A stretch of 64,000 bases of DNA from Rhizophagus irregularis (Eukaryota): contig NC_089432.1 of assembly GCF_026210795.1 (NCBI RefSeq), forward strand, positions 4,030,001 to 4,094,000, in the 5' to 3' direction. Shown here piece after piece: positions 13,491 to 25,975 of this stretch. Each line of letters begins with the position of its first letter. Position 1 is the first letter of the stretch. The notes beneath the pieces were generated by a model. The model had not been told where the DNA came from. It was given only the letters and a program-made list of their open reading frames with translations, and made no database searches. Made by a program: the position numbers and the translations under genes.

Positions 13491-13710
13491 TTATCCGGAG
13501 CATAGCGAAGGACTTTCTATTGTAGAGCACTTAATGATTTTGTTAACCATGGAATTTTCCTTCCTTCCATCCGCTTACGTCACCTTACTATTTCCTTTTT
13601 GATTATGTATCACTTTTTTTTGTAACTGATAATCTAAATTTTTTTTGTATCACAATTATTTTCGCGGCTCACGAAGCAAAAAAAAATTTATTATTTTTTT
13701 TTTCTTTCAC

Positions 13711-14052
13711 TTTTAAGGAACAGAAATCGCAAGTGAGAGAGGTAAGTTTCTCGTTTTTTAATTATTTTCGCGTTTTTTTCTATTTGAGAAGGTTTTAACG
13801 CTCACTTTTTTTAGGACTTCGCAATTGTAAGTAAGGTGAGTTGCTCAGTTTTCTTGATTATTTTCACGTCTTCTTTTTGTTTGAAAACGTTGTTAACGTT
13901 CTTTCTCTTTCTTTTTTTTTTCTGGGAATACTCTGGACTTCAGTATAGACTTTGAAATCACAAGTAGAAAGGTGTTTCTCAGTTTTTTATTATTTTGACA
14001 TCTTTATTTTTGTCTGAAAATGTTATTAACGTCCTTTCTCCTTTTCTTTTAG
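13711..14052 (+). repeat. Three tandem ~100-130 bp units with short-exon/intron-like structure
   Basis: Each unit has AG|GT(A/G)AGT-like donor, ttattttc.cgt, ttaacg and a polypyrimidine tract ending in AG (TGG in unit 2). Confidence 0.55.
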
Positions 14053-15951
14053 TTCAAAAAGATTGTTACTTAGATAGTTTTTAAAGAAAATGATATGGTT
14101 TGATTTTTACATATAATTTTAATAAATTTTAATTTTTAGGATTTATTCCAATATTAACTATAATACTGACTTAAACAACATATTATTCAACTTTTAACAT
14201 AACTGATAAGTAAACCTCATTTTTCTTGTAAATTTTACATGTAATAAAGGACTGTTGTTCTTTAGGCAGTTTTGAGAAAATATAAAATTTATTTTTATTT
14301 TTATTTTTAAAGTAAATTACATTTTTTACTTTTAAAATAAAAATAAAATTTCTTTTTATTAAAATTTTCCAAATTTTGAAGTGTTTACAACCTAATAATA
14401 ATATTTCATATATTTATTATTTTAATTATCTAAATTTTTGACAAGTAACTTTTAACTCTATTAACATTTGCTATAGTTACAATTACAATGATGATTTATT
14501 ATTTTCATTTGGTGATCAATACAAGTTTCTTATATAATAAGATGGCAATTTGATAGTGAGTTCAAATCAAAATAAAATCATTTATTCATTTTCCAAAATA
14601 AATCTATCTTTCAAAATGCCTTCATCTATTATGATCCTTTGTTAAATAAAATTTAAAGGGTTAGATGAAGCGTCTGAACCTGGAATGTTTAAAACCCTTC
14701 ATTCACTACGGTTATTATAAAAAACAGATTTCTCTATTCCTATATGATCTACAAGTCACGGATTATGCGCTACTATGTGGAATTTAACCATGGATAAGTA
14801 TTAAAATTATTACTTTATTTTATGTAATACTATTGCATAATTTTTTAATGCGAAAAAAATTATTATTAATATAGGTGCTAGTTTCGATTATGATTCAATA
14901 AAAACAGATGAAGGGGTCATAATGGAATATTTTCACCTACAAGATAAATATGATAAGATTAATCTCGCTCATCTTTTGTCTATCACTACTGGAGTACTTA
15001 TAATAAAATAAATGACATTTAAAAAATTGTCTTCAATATATTTTAATTCTAACTAAACAATTTGGAAGTATTAGTTCTTTTCCTATTACATATATCTAAT
15101 ACTAATCTAATGTGTCAATAAAATAACGTAATATTAAACAAAATTTCCTATTTTGGAATTATTAAATGTGAAGTATTTTTAACTCTTAATATCTAATACG
15201 TGTTTAAGATGTCCCTTCACTCCACCAAATGGGAATATTTAATTTTTCAGTGAAACTGTAGCAATTTAATGGTAATTCTTCCGAAGCCTTATTGCTTAAA
15301 TCCACAAATAGTAATGCTCCCTTTGCTTTATCAATTGAATTTGAAAATACCAGCAGTCTGAATACCTATAACTCCAAATTGATTACCAGCCAGTCGTGCT
15401 AATAAAACTATTATTTTTCTTTTATGATTTCACACATTTTTGTTTGTTACATTTAATGTGAGGAACTTGGTTGGTTGAATGCTCTTTTAATACCATGTTA
15501 CTAATGATGGATTGTCAGTATCTGTAACTAGTGATGACAAATAACCAATATCAGCAATGTAAATACCTCCAAGTTGAATACAGCTTATCTATATAACGTA
15601 CTTATAGATATTTCAAAGTATGATTGCTTTTTTTCCACGAAATTTTTCAAGAATACAATATTATTAAATAATACCAGATTCCTTCAAGACACCATCACGT
15701 TGTAACTATTACTCTCTACCCAGACGAGACGGAATTTATAATTGTTCATAAATGTTTAAAACTATAGAAAATTTTTTTTTGGATTATATATGGTTTTGTA
15801 ATATCCTTTCTTGTAATCAACAGTTGTTGTAAATAAAATAAAAAATAAATGTAAATATCAAAATAATTTTGTAATCTGAAACATTATAATCATAAATAAC
15901 TAATAGATTTATCATTGCACTTTAAATCTTATATGTCTTACGTTTTTAAAG

Positions 15952-16150
15952 CACTGTAAAAAATCTGATCCGTGTTTTATCTTTCCATGTTTTTTCCGTG
16001 AATGTATCATTTTCATGGAATTTATAGCCTTAAATCATGGAAATTTTCATCTCGCTAACACGGATATCCGTGAATGTATCATTTTCACGGAATTTTTACG
16101 GAAGACACGGAGAAATAATGGAAATATTCGGATAAAAATTTTTTATAGGG
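15952..16150. mobile_element. CACTA/EnSpm-like MITE
   Basis: Ends CACTGTAAAAAAT...ATTTTTTATAGGG, 3-bp AAG duplication on both sides, internal direct repeat ccgtgaatgtatcattttca(t/c)ggaattt. Confidence 0.65.
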
Positions 16151-17719
16151 AAGACATTAGATTAGATAAACTGGATTCATAAATAGGATATTGAATGGAG
16201 TTTATAAAGGAAGAAAAGGAATTATGGTCTAAAAAAGAAGGATCTTTTGAATTGATTTTGTAAGAATGGTAAATTGAATATCGAATGATTTTATTCAATC
16301 TTAAAAAGAATGCTCGGTATTACTTATATTCTTTTAGTCACAAAATAATGCTAACCCAAAATGCAATTTCTTCCTCATTAGCATTCAGGCGTATATTCAT
16401 TAGTAAGAAATCATGTATTTTGGACTTTATAGCAGTTTTCCATTTTCTAATATTTAGCATCACCTCTTTTAATTTTTAAGATTATTTAAAAAGTATAAGG
16501 GTAAACATTCACGTAAACTGTAAATTCAGTTTTATAAATTTGTAAATTTAAATTTTTCTATCAAGAAGTTCTAATTGTTATATATAATTTTTATAAAGCT
16601 ATCAGGAATTTTAGGATGGGAATCAAAAAAAAATTTTTAAGCATGATATGGTCTTTGATTTTTCCAAATCATCTTAGCCAAATGATAAGGGAGACTTTTT
16701 CATTCTTTAAATGCAGAAGGAAAGAATATGGTAAAGGGAAGGGAGATAAATTATGAAACAGCAAATAAACAAGTTGTATTTATATGTAAAATGCCTTATT
16801 ATTACAGAGGGCTGTGTCATAATAAATTGCAAAGTCACATTAAAAGCCACATCAGCATCAGAGATGGCCACATTTTCTTTTCATATTTGTTTGTAAAATT
16901 TGTATGATAAACACAGCCCATGCTAATAATAAGCCCATCTTTGTGTTTCTAAATCAGGAGATCAGGACTGATTTAAAAATTTATATTGGCTTTATTATAA
17001 AAATATTACTATGTTTATTATTAAGTGAAGTAAATATTGAAACTAAGTACTTGTATCAAATTACAAAAAATAAAGCAATTTAATAAATCACATTTCTTAT
17101 AAGATTTATCATTTTATTTTAGAAATAACAGAGCAGCACAATAATTATTTTAAATAAATGGATAAGCATTATTTGAAAAATCATCACAAAATTTTCAGGG
17201 TATTCAATATTTCACAAATAGTTATATTTCTCGAAATTTATGCAATATAATTAACAATATTATATGTATAATTCTTTGTACAAATTTATATAAAAATTAA
17301 CAAATTTTTCTACAATATATTGTGGAAAATACATTATATATATTAAATATGCAATTAATGTGCATTTTTAGGGTGTGCAAATCAGTTTTTTCATGCAAAA
17401 ATATTGCATATGTTTTACATATAAAAAAATTTCCTGATGATGATGAATATTATTAATAATATATACGTAACTTCCTGTGTTAATAAAATTGGTTAAAAAA
17501 TGAACTAGTCATTTATAAACGACCCTAGCATCGCCACCTGACAGTCCTGACATCGCCACCTGAAAAATTGGTAGCCGGATTTATTTGCCAGTTATACATG
17601 CCGGTTACATATGATTTCGGATAGTAAGCCAAAAAAACGATTTCCGATTTCCACTTTCTCTTCGCTATAACTTTTTTATAAACTCATATTTAAAATAATA
17701 AGCCAAAACTACATTTATG

Positions 17720-17912
17720 TAAAGCTCCGCATGAGCCGGCTTGAGCCGAATCAGGATATGGCTCGAGCTCAGCTCAGAAAATTATGCAGAGCCAATCTGA
17801 GCCAGGCCACAAATTTTTATGGCTCGGTTTGAAGCCATGATAATTGGCTCAAATCAAGTGAGCTGAGCCGAGTTATAAAAATTTTGACTTGAGCCAAGCT
17901 GGGCTCGAGCTA
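17720..17912. mobile_element. Degraded hAT-type MITE with GAGCC/GGCTC subterminal repeats
   Basis: Dense GAGCC/GAGCT/GGCTC motifs in both orientations within an AT-rich background; termini not resolved. Confidence 0.5.
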
Positions 17913-18581
17913 ATTTATTTGAATATCGTTTCAAAAAAAAGTTAACTTCTTGAGGTTTACTTTAACAAAATGAGACTTTATTATACTAAATAATAATAAT
18001 GTTTGATTATTTTTGCTTTTCTTACCAAATAGTGAGTTTTTATTGGCTAATTGTTACTCACGTGACGAACCAGAAAATTGAAACATTTTTGAATCATTGT
18101 CGAGTATAGACTTCCTGCACCATATGAAAATTTTTTAGTCACAGTTTCAACAATATTTGTGAATAATGTCACACTGATAATTTATTTAATAATTTAGATA
18201 GTAAGTTATAAAAAAAAAAAGAATTATTTAAATTACAAACTAAGAAACCTGTAAAATCATTTTACTACTCTAACCCTAGTGTTTAAATAAAAAGGATTAT
18301 TAAATTACAAACTAGGAAATTTGTAACCCATTTTACTACCTCGTCTTAGTGTTTAAATAATTCTAAATAAAAAAAAAAGAAAAAGGAATTTGTAAAACAT
18401 TTTACTACTTTAACCACGGTATTTTAAATAAAAATTAAAAAGAAACAATTTCTGTAAATCTTTAAAAAAAAAAATTTACTTTCATTTGCATTAATTTATA
18501 TCCTAATTTAAGGAATAAAATTAATTAATATGAAATTAATTGTATGAAAGTATTTCTCTTTTTGGTACATACCTAATGACT

Positions 18582-21500
18582 TTATACTATACAATCATCC
18601 AAACTTTCACTTTTTAGAATTTTATTTGATTTTTCATTTGTAAAATCTGAACATTCACTTTCTAAAATTTCATTTAATTTTTTACTGGTAAAATTAAACA
18701 AACGACTTGTATGATATGCTTGTGGATGAGATTCAGTCATAGTAGGTTTAATATATCCAATTGGCGCATTGATAAATTCCATAATGTTACTTTTTAACTC
18801 TTCACTAATATTTTTAATTTCCATTTCAGAAGGAAGATAAATCCATCTTTTAATTACATTTAAAACTTCTGATGTAGATGGTCTTTTTAATAGATCTCCA
18901 TCCCAACATTTTTTCATTAAATCTATATAGCATTGTGGAGTATTTTCAATAATTTCAGGACGTTCACCTTCACAAATACTTATACTAAGTTGAACATCAT
19001 ATGCTCTATCATTAAATGGTGAAATCCCAGATGTAAATTCCCACATAATCATAGAAAAACTATATATATCACTAGCTGGAGTATAAGGTTTACCTCTTAA
19101 AATTTCAGGTGCTATAAATGGCATAACACCATAAATTTCATCATCTTTAAAAAAAGATTTTACAGGTCTACTTAATCCTAAATCACTAATCCAAATTTCA
19201 TCCTTATTAATCAAAATATTACCATCATGAAAATCACAATGAATAAGATTTTGTTCATGCATTTTGTGAAGTCCAGCAATAATCATAAATAATTTATGCA
19301 ACTTTGATCTCCAATCATTTGTAATTATATTTGTTAAACATTTTCTTAAATTACCTTTATCTGCATAATCCATTACTACTGTATAATTTGAAGTTTTTGG
19401 ATTTTTTGTAAATCCATATAAATGAACAATTATTTTTGATCCTATACATTTATAATGATTTTTCCACTACAAATTAAATAAAAATTAAGTAAATAAATTA
19501 TACTAATTAAAGTTAAAAAGGCAAAGAAATAATATTAGTCATACTTCATCTAAAAATTCATTGAAATTTTCAGAGTCATTTAAATTGTTGAGACATTTGA
19601 GAACTACTTTCATATTTTTATCAGACCAAATAGCTTCATATATAGTACCAAATCCCCCTTTATCAAGATATTTAATATTTTTAAATTTATCATAAGGAAT
19701 CCACATCAATTCTTGAGTTTCTTTAAGTATAAATTGATCTAGTAATTCATTTCCACTATTTCTAAAATTTCAAATAATAATTGATTTATAACAAAGTTCA
19801 GTTCATATTAAATTCAAAATCAAAATTTTAATACTTACACTAAAATTTAAATACAAATTTAATATTTAGTAAAATTAAGTTAGTTTAATTAAATTGTAAT
19901 TACTATTATAATGAATATTACATAGAATATAATAATATTGAATAACTTACCATCTACATTACATAAGTATTATTAAATATTTTTTTTTTAAAATAAGAAT
20001 TTGATTAGTTTAAAACATAATAAAATCGAATAACTTGTAACTTACTTCCTAAAATATTTTTTTTTAAATAAAGAATTTAGTTAGTTTAAATTATAAGTAC
20101 ATAAAACTTAATAGAATTGAATAATTTATAACTTACTCCCTAAAAAAATTTTTTTTAAAAAAGAATTTAGTTAGTTAAATAATAGATTTATTAATAGGTA
20201 AATATCATATAAAATATAATAGAATTAAACAAATTATAACTTACTCCCTAGTAAATATTTTTTTAAATAAAAAATTTAGTTAGTTTAAAGTATAAGTAAA
20301 TATTACATAAAATATAAAAGAATTGAATAACTTACTAACTAAATTATATATTATTAAATATTTTTTTAAATAAAGAATTTATTAGATCAAATTGTCAGTA
20401 AATATTGAAATATAATAGGAATTGAATAGCTTATAAATTACTTCCTAAAATATTTTTTTTTAATAAGAATTTAGTTAGTTTAAATTATAAGTAATATCAC
20501 TTAAAATATAATAGAACTGAATAATTTATAACTTACTCCCTAAAATATTTTTTAAATAAAGAATTTAGAAAGTTTAAATTATAAGTAAATATTACTTAAA
20601 ATATAATAGAATTGACTGAATAACTTATAACTTACTCCCTAGAATATTTTATTTAATTAAAGAATTCAGTTAGTTTAAATTATAAGTAAATATCACTCAA
20701 AATATAATTGAATTGAATAACTTACCATCTATTACATATTATTAAATATTTTTTTTTAAACAAAGAATTTAGTTAGTTAATTATTAATTATTGTACTGTA
20801 GGTTAATGTCACTTAAAATATAATAAAAATCAAATAACTTACTATCTATATTATGTATTATTAAATATTTTTTTAAATAAAGAATTTAGTTTGTTTAAAT
20901 TATAAGTGAATATCATATAAAAATATAGTAGAATTGAATAACTTACTATCTATATTACATATTATTAAATATTTTTTTTAAATAAAGAATTTAGTTTGTT
21001 TAAATTATAAGTAAATATTACATAAAATATAATAGCTTGTAAACTTACAATCTAAATATTTTTTTAGATAAAGTATTTAGTTAGTTTAAATTATAAGTAA
21101 TATTATCACATATAATATAATATAATTATTATAATTGAATAACTTATATAACTTACTCTCTAAAATATTTTTTAAAATAAAGAATTTAGTTAGTTTAAAT
21201 TATAAGTAAATATCACAAAATATAGTAGAATTGTATAACTTACTAACTATATTACATATTATTAATATTTTTTTTGAATAAAAAATTTAATTATAAGTAA
21301 ATGTCATATAAAATATAAGAGAATTAAATACTTATAACTTACTTCCTAATATATTTTTTAAATAAAGAATTTAGTTAGTTTAAATTATAAGAAAATATCA
21401 CATAAAATATAATGGAATTGAATAACTTATCAGTTATAACTTACTTCCTAAAACATTTTTTTAAATAAAGAATTTGGTTAATTTAAAATTATAAGTAAAT

Positions 21501-24500
21501 ATCACTTAAAACATAATAGAATTGAATAACTTACCATCTAGTATATTACATATTGTTAAATATTTTTTTAAATAAAGAATTTAATTAGTTCAAATTATAA
21601 GTAAATATCACATAAATTGAACAACTTACCATCTATATTATTACATTTTATTAATATTTTTTTAAATTAATTTAAATAATTTATTTTACAAGCAAATATT
21701 ACATAAAATATGATAATAGAATTGAATAGCTTACCATCTATTACATATTATTAAATATTTTTTAAATAAAAATTTAGCTAGTTTAAATTAACTATCATAT
21801 AAAATATAATAGAATTGAATAACTTACTATCTATATTACATATTATTAAATATTTTTTTAAATAAAGAATTTGGTTAGTTTAAGCTATATAAGCAAGAAA
21901 TATAATAAAATTGAATAACTTATAACTTACAATCTAAATATTTTTTTAAATAAAGAAATTAGTTAGTTTAAATTGTAGGTAAATAATATCACATAAAATA
22001 CAATATAATTGAATAACTACAACTCACTCTCTAAAATATTTTTTAAAATAAAGAATTTAGTTATTATAAATTTAAGTAAATATAACATAAAATATAATAA
22101 AATTGGATCACTTACTAACTACATTACATATTATTAAATATATTTTTAAATAAAAGGATTGTTATTTTAAATTATACGTAAATATTATTGTAAAATATAA
22201 TGGAATCAAATAACTTATAGCTTACAATCTAAATATTTTTTAAATAAAGAATTTAGTTAGTTTAATTATAAGTAATAAATATCACATAAAATGTAATAGA
22301 ATTGAATAACTTATGGCTTACAATCTAAATATTTTTTTGAATAAAAGAATTTAGTTAGTTTAAATTATAAGTTAATATCACATATATAAAATATAATGAA
22401 ATTAAATAACTCACTATCTATATTACATATTATTAAATATTTTTTTTTAAAAAAAAGAATTTAATTAATTTAAATTATAAGTAAATAATAACACATAAAA
22501 TATAATGATACTGAATAACTTATAACTTACTCCCTAAAATATTTTTTTAAATAAAGAATTTAGTTAATTTAAATTATAAGTAAATATTACATATAATATA
22601 ATAATAGAGTTGAATAACTTGTAACTTACAATCTAAATATGTTTAAATAAAGAAGTTGGTTAGTTTAAATTAAATTATAAGTAAATAATATCACATAAAA
22701 TATAATAAAATTGAATAATTTACCATCTATATTACATATTTTTTAAATAAAGAATTTAGTTAGTTTAAATTATAAAGTAAATATTCCATAAGATATATAA
22801 TAGAATTGAATAACTTATAACTTACTCCCTAAAATATTTTTTTAAATAAAGAATTTGGTTAGTTTAATTTATGAGTAAATATCACATAAAAATAATATAA
22901 TTGAATAACTTATAACTTACTCCCTAAAATTTTTTTTTTAAGTAAAGAATTTAGTTAATTTAAATTATAAGTAAATGTTACATAAATATAATAGAATCGA
23001 ATAACTTACCGTCTATATTATATATTATTAAATGGCATGTTTTTAAATAAAGAATTTGGTTAATTTAAATTATAAGTAAATATCATCATAAAATATAATA
23101 TAATTGAATAACTTATAGCTTACAATCTAAATATTTTTTTAAATAAAGAATTTAGTATATTATATAAATATATAGTATAGTTGAATAACTTATAGCTTAC
23201 AATCTAAATATTTTTTGAAATAAGAATTTAGTTAGTTTAAATTATAAGTAAATATTACATAAATATAATAGAATCGAATAACTTAATAACTTACTAACTA
23301 TATAACATATTATTAAATATTTATTAAATAAAGAATTTAGTTAGTTTAAATTATAAGTAAATATCACAAAAAATATAATAGTATTGAATAACTTACTATC
23401 TAGTATAATATAAGTAAGGAATTTAATCAATTTAAATAATAAGATAATAAGTATAATAAGTAAATATCACATAAATGTAGTAGAATTGAATAACTTATAG
23501 CTTACTCCCTAAAATATTTTTTAAATAAGAATTTAGTTAGTTTAATTATAAGATGTCAGTCATGTCACATAAAATATGATAGAATTGAATAACTTACTAA
23601 CTAGTATATTACATATTATTAAATATTTTTTTTAGATAAAGAATTTAGTTAGTTTAAATTATAAGTAAGGGATCACCAATTTAAAAGTTCGTTTAACATG
23701 ATCCCCAATTTTGGCAAAAATCATGAAATAATAAACAGTAAAAAACATAGCGTCACATGACACTAAGACATTGCCATATGACAAAATCTCAGTTTCTTTC
23801 AACTTTTCCCAAATTTTTATTATAAATGTTCGATTTTTACTGTTGATTATTTCTCCTCCACCCCATCTTAAATTTATGATGTTAAACGAACTTTTAAATT
23901 GGTGAGCCCTAAATATCACACAAAAATATAATATAATTGAATAACTTACCATCTAGTATATTACATATTATTAAATAATTTTTTAAATGAATAATTTAGT
24001 TAGTTTAAGTATCACATAAAATATAACAGAATTTGAATAACTTACCAACTGTTATATTACATATTATAAATATTTTTTTTTTAAATAAAAATTTTAGAAA
24101 TAAAGAATTTAATAGCAGAATCGTATAGATTTATATAAAATATAATAACTTACACCCTATAGCGTTATTTAATTATTTAGTTATTAAATAATTTTAGGTA
24201 AAATAGTCAGTTAAGTATAAAAATTATATAAATACATGAATTTAATAACCTATAAACTTACAATCTAATTATTTAAATCAAGAGGTTAGTTAGTTTGAAT
24301 TATTAAAATATAAGAATTAATAACTAATAACTTACCAACTTAGATAGGTATATGATCAAATAATTTTTAAATAAAGAATTTAGTTAATTTGAATTACAGT
24401 AAGTAACATTTAATGCGCAATAAATATAACTTACAAACTAATAGTATTATTAGTTATTAAATATGTTTTTAATAAGTTATTAGTTAAAATGATTGAATTA

Positions 24501-24786
24501 AATAACTTATAACTTACAAGCTATAAGCAATTTAAATGAATATAATAGTTGGTTATAATGAATTAATTTACATTTTCAAGTCAAATTATTCAAAACCATT
24601 TTTTTATTTATAAATACTTTAATAGTTTAAAATTATTAAATTATTTATATTTACCTTTAGAATCATTAATAGTATTTAAAACTAGTATTATTATATTGTA
24701 AATTTATTAGGATAATTCTAATTTGTGTTAAACTGAATTCATGTTCATGCTACATGCTTTTTACCTTCATCATTACTATCAGCCAT
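18582..24786 (-). CDS. Protein kinase (TKL-like) with micro-exon-encoded N-terminus; predicted 50 exons, 428 aa
   Basis: Exon 1 24786-24765 (ATG GCT GAT AGT AAT GAT GAA G), exon 2 24681-24655, 45 3-nt exons (24520 to 19951), a 1-nt exon at 19839, then exons 19761-19545 and 19466-18582. Kinase motifs KGGFG, VVLK, HCDFHDGN, DLG, APE, DIYSFS. The spliced product is open throughout. Confidence 0.85.
19834..24530 (-). repeat. Tandem array of ~75-115 bp intron/3-nt-exon units
   Basis: Minus-strand unit is branch-point-like TAAACTAACTAA...AG|NNN|GTAAGT. All 45 units retain AG and GT around exactly 3 nt. Confidence 0.93.
23669..23909. mobile_element. PIF/Harbinger (Tourist)-like MITE in one intron of the micro-exon array
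   Basis: 31-bp TIR ggg(a/c)tcaccaatttaaaagttcgtttaacat with 1 mismatch; TAA duplication (23666-68, 23910-12) splitting the unit motif ataagtaaatatcac. Confidence 0.9.
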
Positions 24787-25799
24787 TTCTTTTCTTTTTT
24801 TTTTCTTTAAACAAAGTTTATTAAAATTCATGATCGAATCTAAATGCAAACTGATATGATGAGAAGAAAAAGATGTTGAAACTCCCTTAAAATCATTAAT
24901 TTCTTATTGTAGAATTTTATGCATGCAGAATGTGGATCATATCATTATTATTTTACAAATTTGGAAAGAATGACCCGTTCTGATTAAAAAGTCTAATTTT
25001 ATCCATATAATAGTGAGTTGAGCCGCATTCCTAATTGCCGATCATTTTGACACAAATTCATGTGATGATGTATTTCAGGATCAACAAATCATGCCCCCAT
25101 TATTTGTGGCTATCTTTATGCACTGCATATTGGTTAGAGTATTACATAAACCATTACGATACTGTCGAAACTTGTTCATGTACTTTTCAGAAAAATACAA
25201 GGTAAAGATCCTTATACATTTTTGATTTGTAGCATATTTATCATTGTAGAGTGTAGAGTATTACGTAAACCAATACGAAACTTATTCTGATATTCTGTTA
25301 AAATAAAAAATTTCAATTACTATCTTTAATCTTAATTTTCTATAACGGAAAATTTCAATAAGAAATATAATATATCTCCATCTTACGTTTTGGGATATAT
25401 TAGTTGATCAGTTTTTACTTAATCAAAAATCTTAAAAAAGTGTATCATCAGATAAAGTAGAATTAAAGCAAATTTATTCAGTCCTTAACTATAAGTCGAA
25501 TTTTATAGTCAAGAGTTAGTCTTTTTTACAGCATTTCATATTATTTCATATTTAGTTGCAAGCAACTATTGCGGTAATATTGAGTTGAAAAATTGACGAA
25601 AATATTCCATATTGAATTCGGTTCTGTAATCGTACCATAAAAAAGTAAAACAATGGATAATCTGCCATCTGGTCCTGAGAAAACGCACGGATCAAATGGT
25701 AAAAAATCGGATACACTAAATAGTTTTTCTTTATTCTTTATAGATTAATAGATATAGTATCCTTATTTTTGTAAGTTTCAGATTTGGAGACTTGAAAAA

Positions 25800-25975
25800 T
25801 TTATTAACAAATTATTTAGCCAAATATTCGTGACTTATAAGATAGATAGAATTTGTTAATTAATTAGTTTATAATATTATAGACGTGACTTGCCAAAATC
25901 ACTCGATTTAATAAATTTATTTTTACCAGGATAATTTTTTATGACAATTAACTTTTGTTCTGACCAGTCATACAA
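25800..25975 (+). repeat. Dispersed ~180-bp repeat, second copy at ~38420-38610
   Basis: Shared blocks tttagccaaatat, attatagacgt.act.gc.aaaatcact, taccagga and attaacttttgttctg.cca. Confidence 0.7.

Noticed and set aside
14550..15730. Coding-like fragments (e.g. minus-strand GVIGIQTAG)
   Set aside because: Too degraded to assign a frame or family by eye.
23659..23952. 97-aa ORF inside the array
   Set aside because: Coincides with the MITE; chance ORF.
19834..24530. CRISPR array or plain satellite
   Set aside because: Eukaryotic context with no unique spacers and no cas genes; invariant AG/GT spacing and the in-frame join to a kinase fit micro-exons better.
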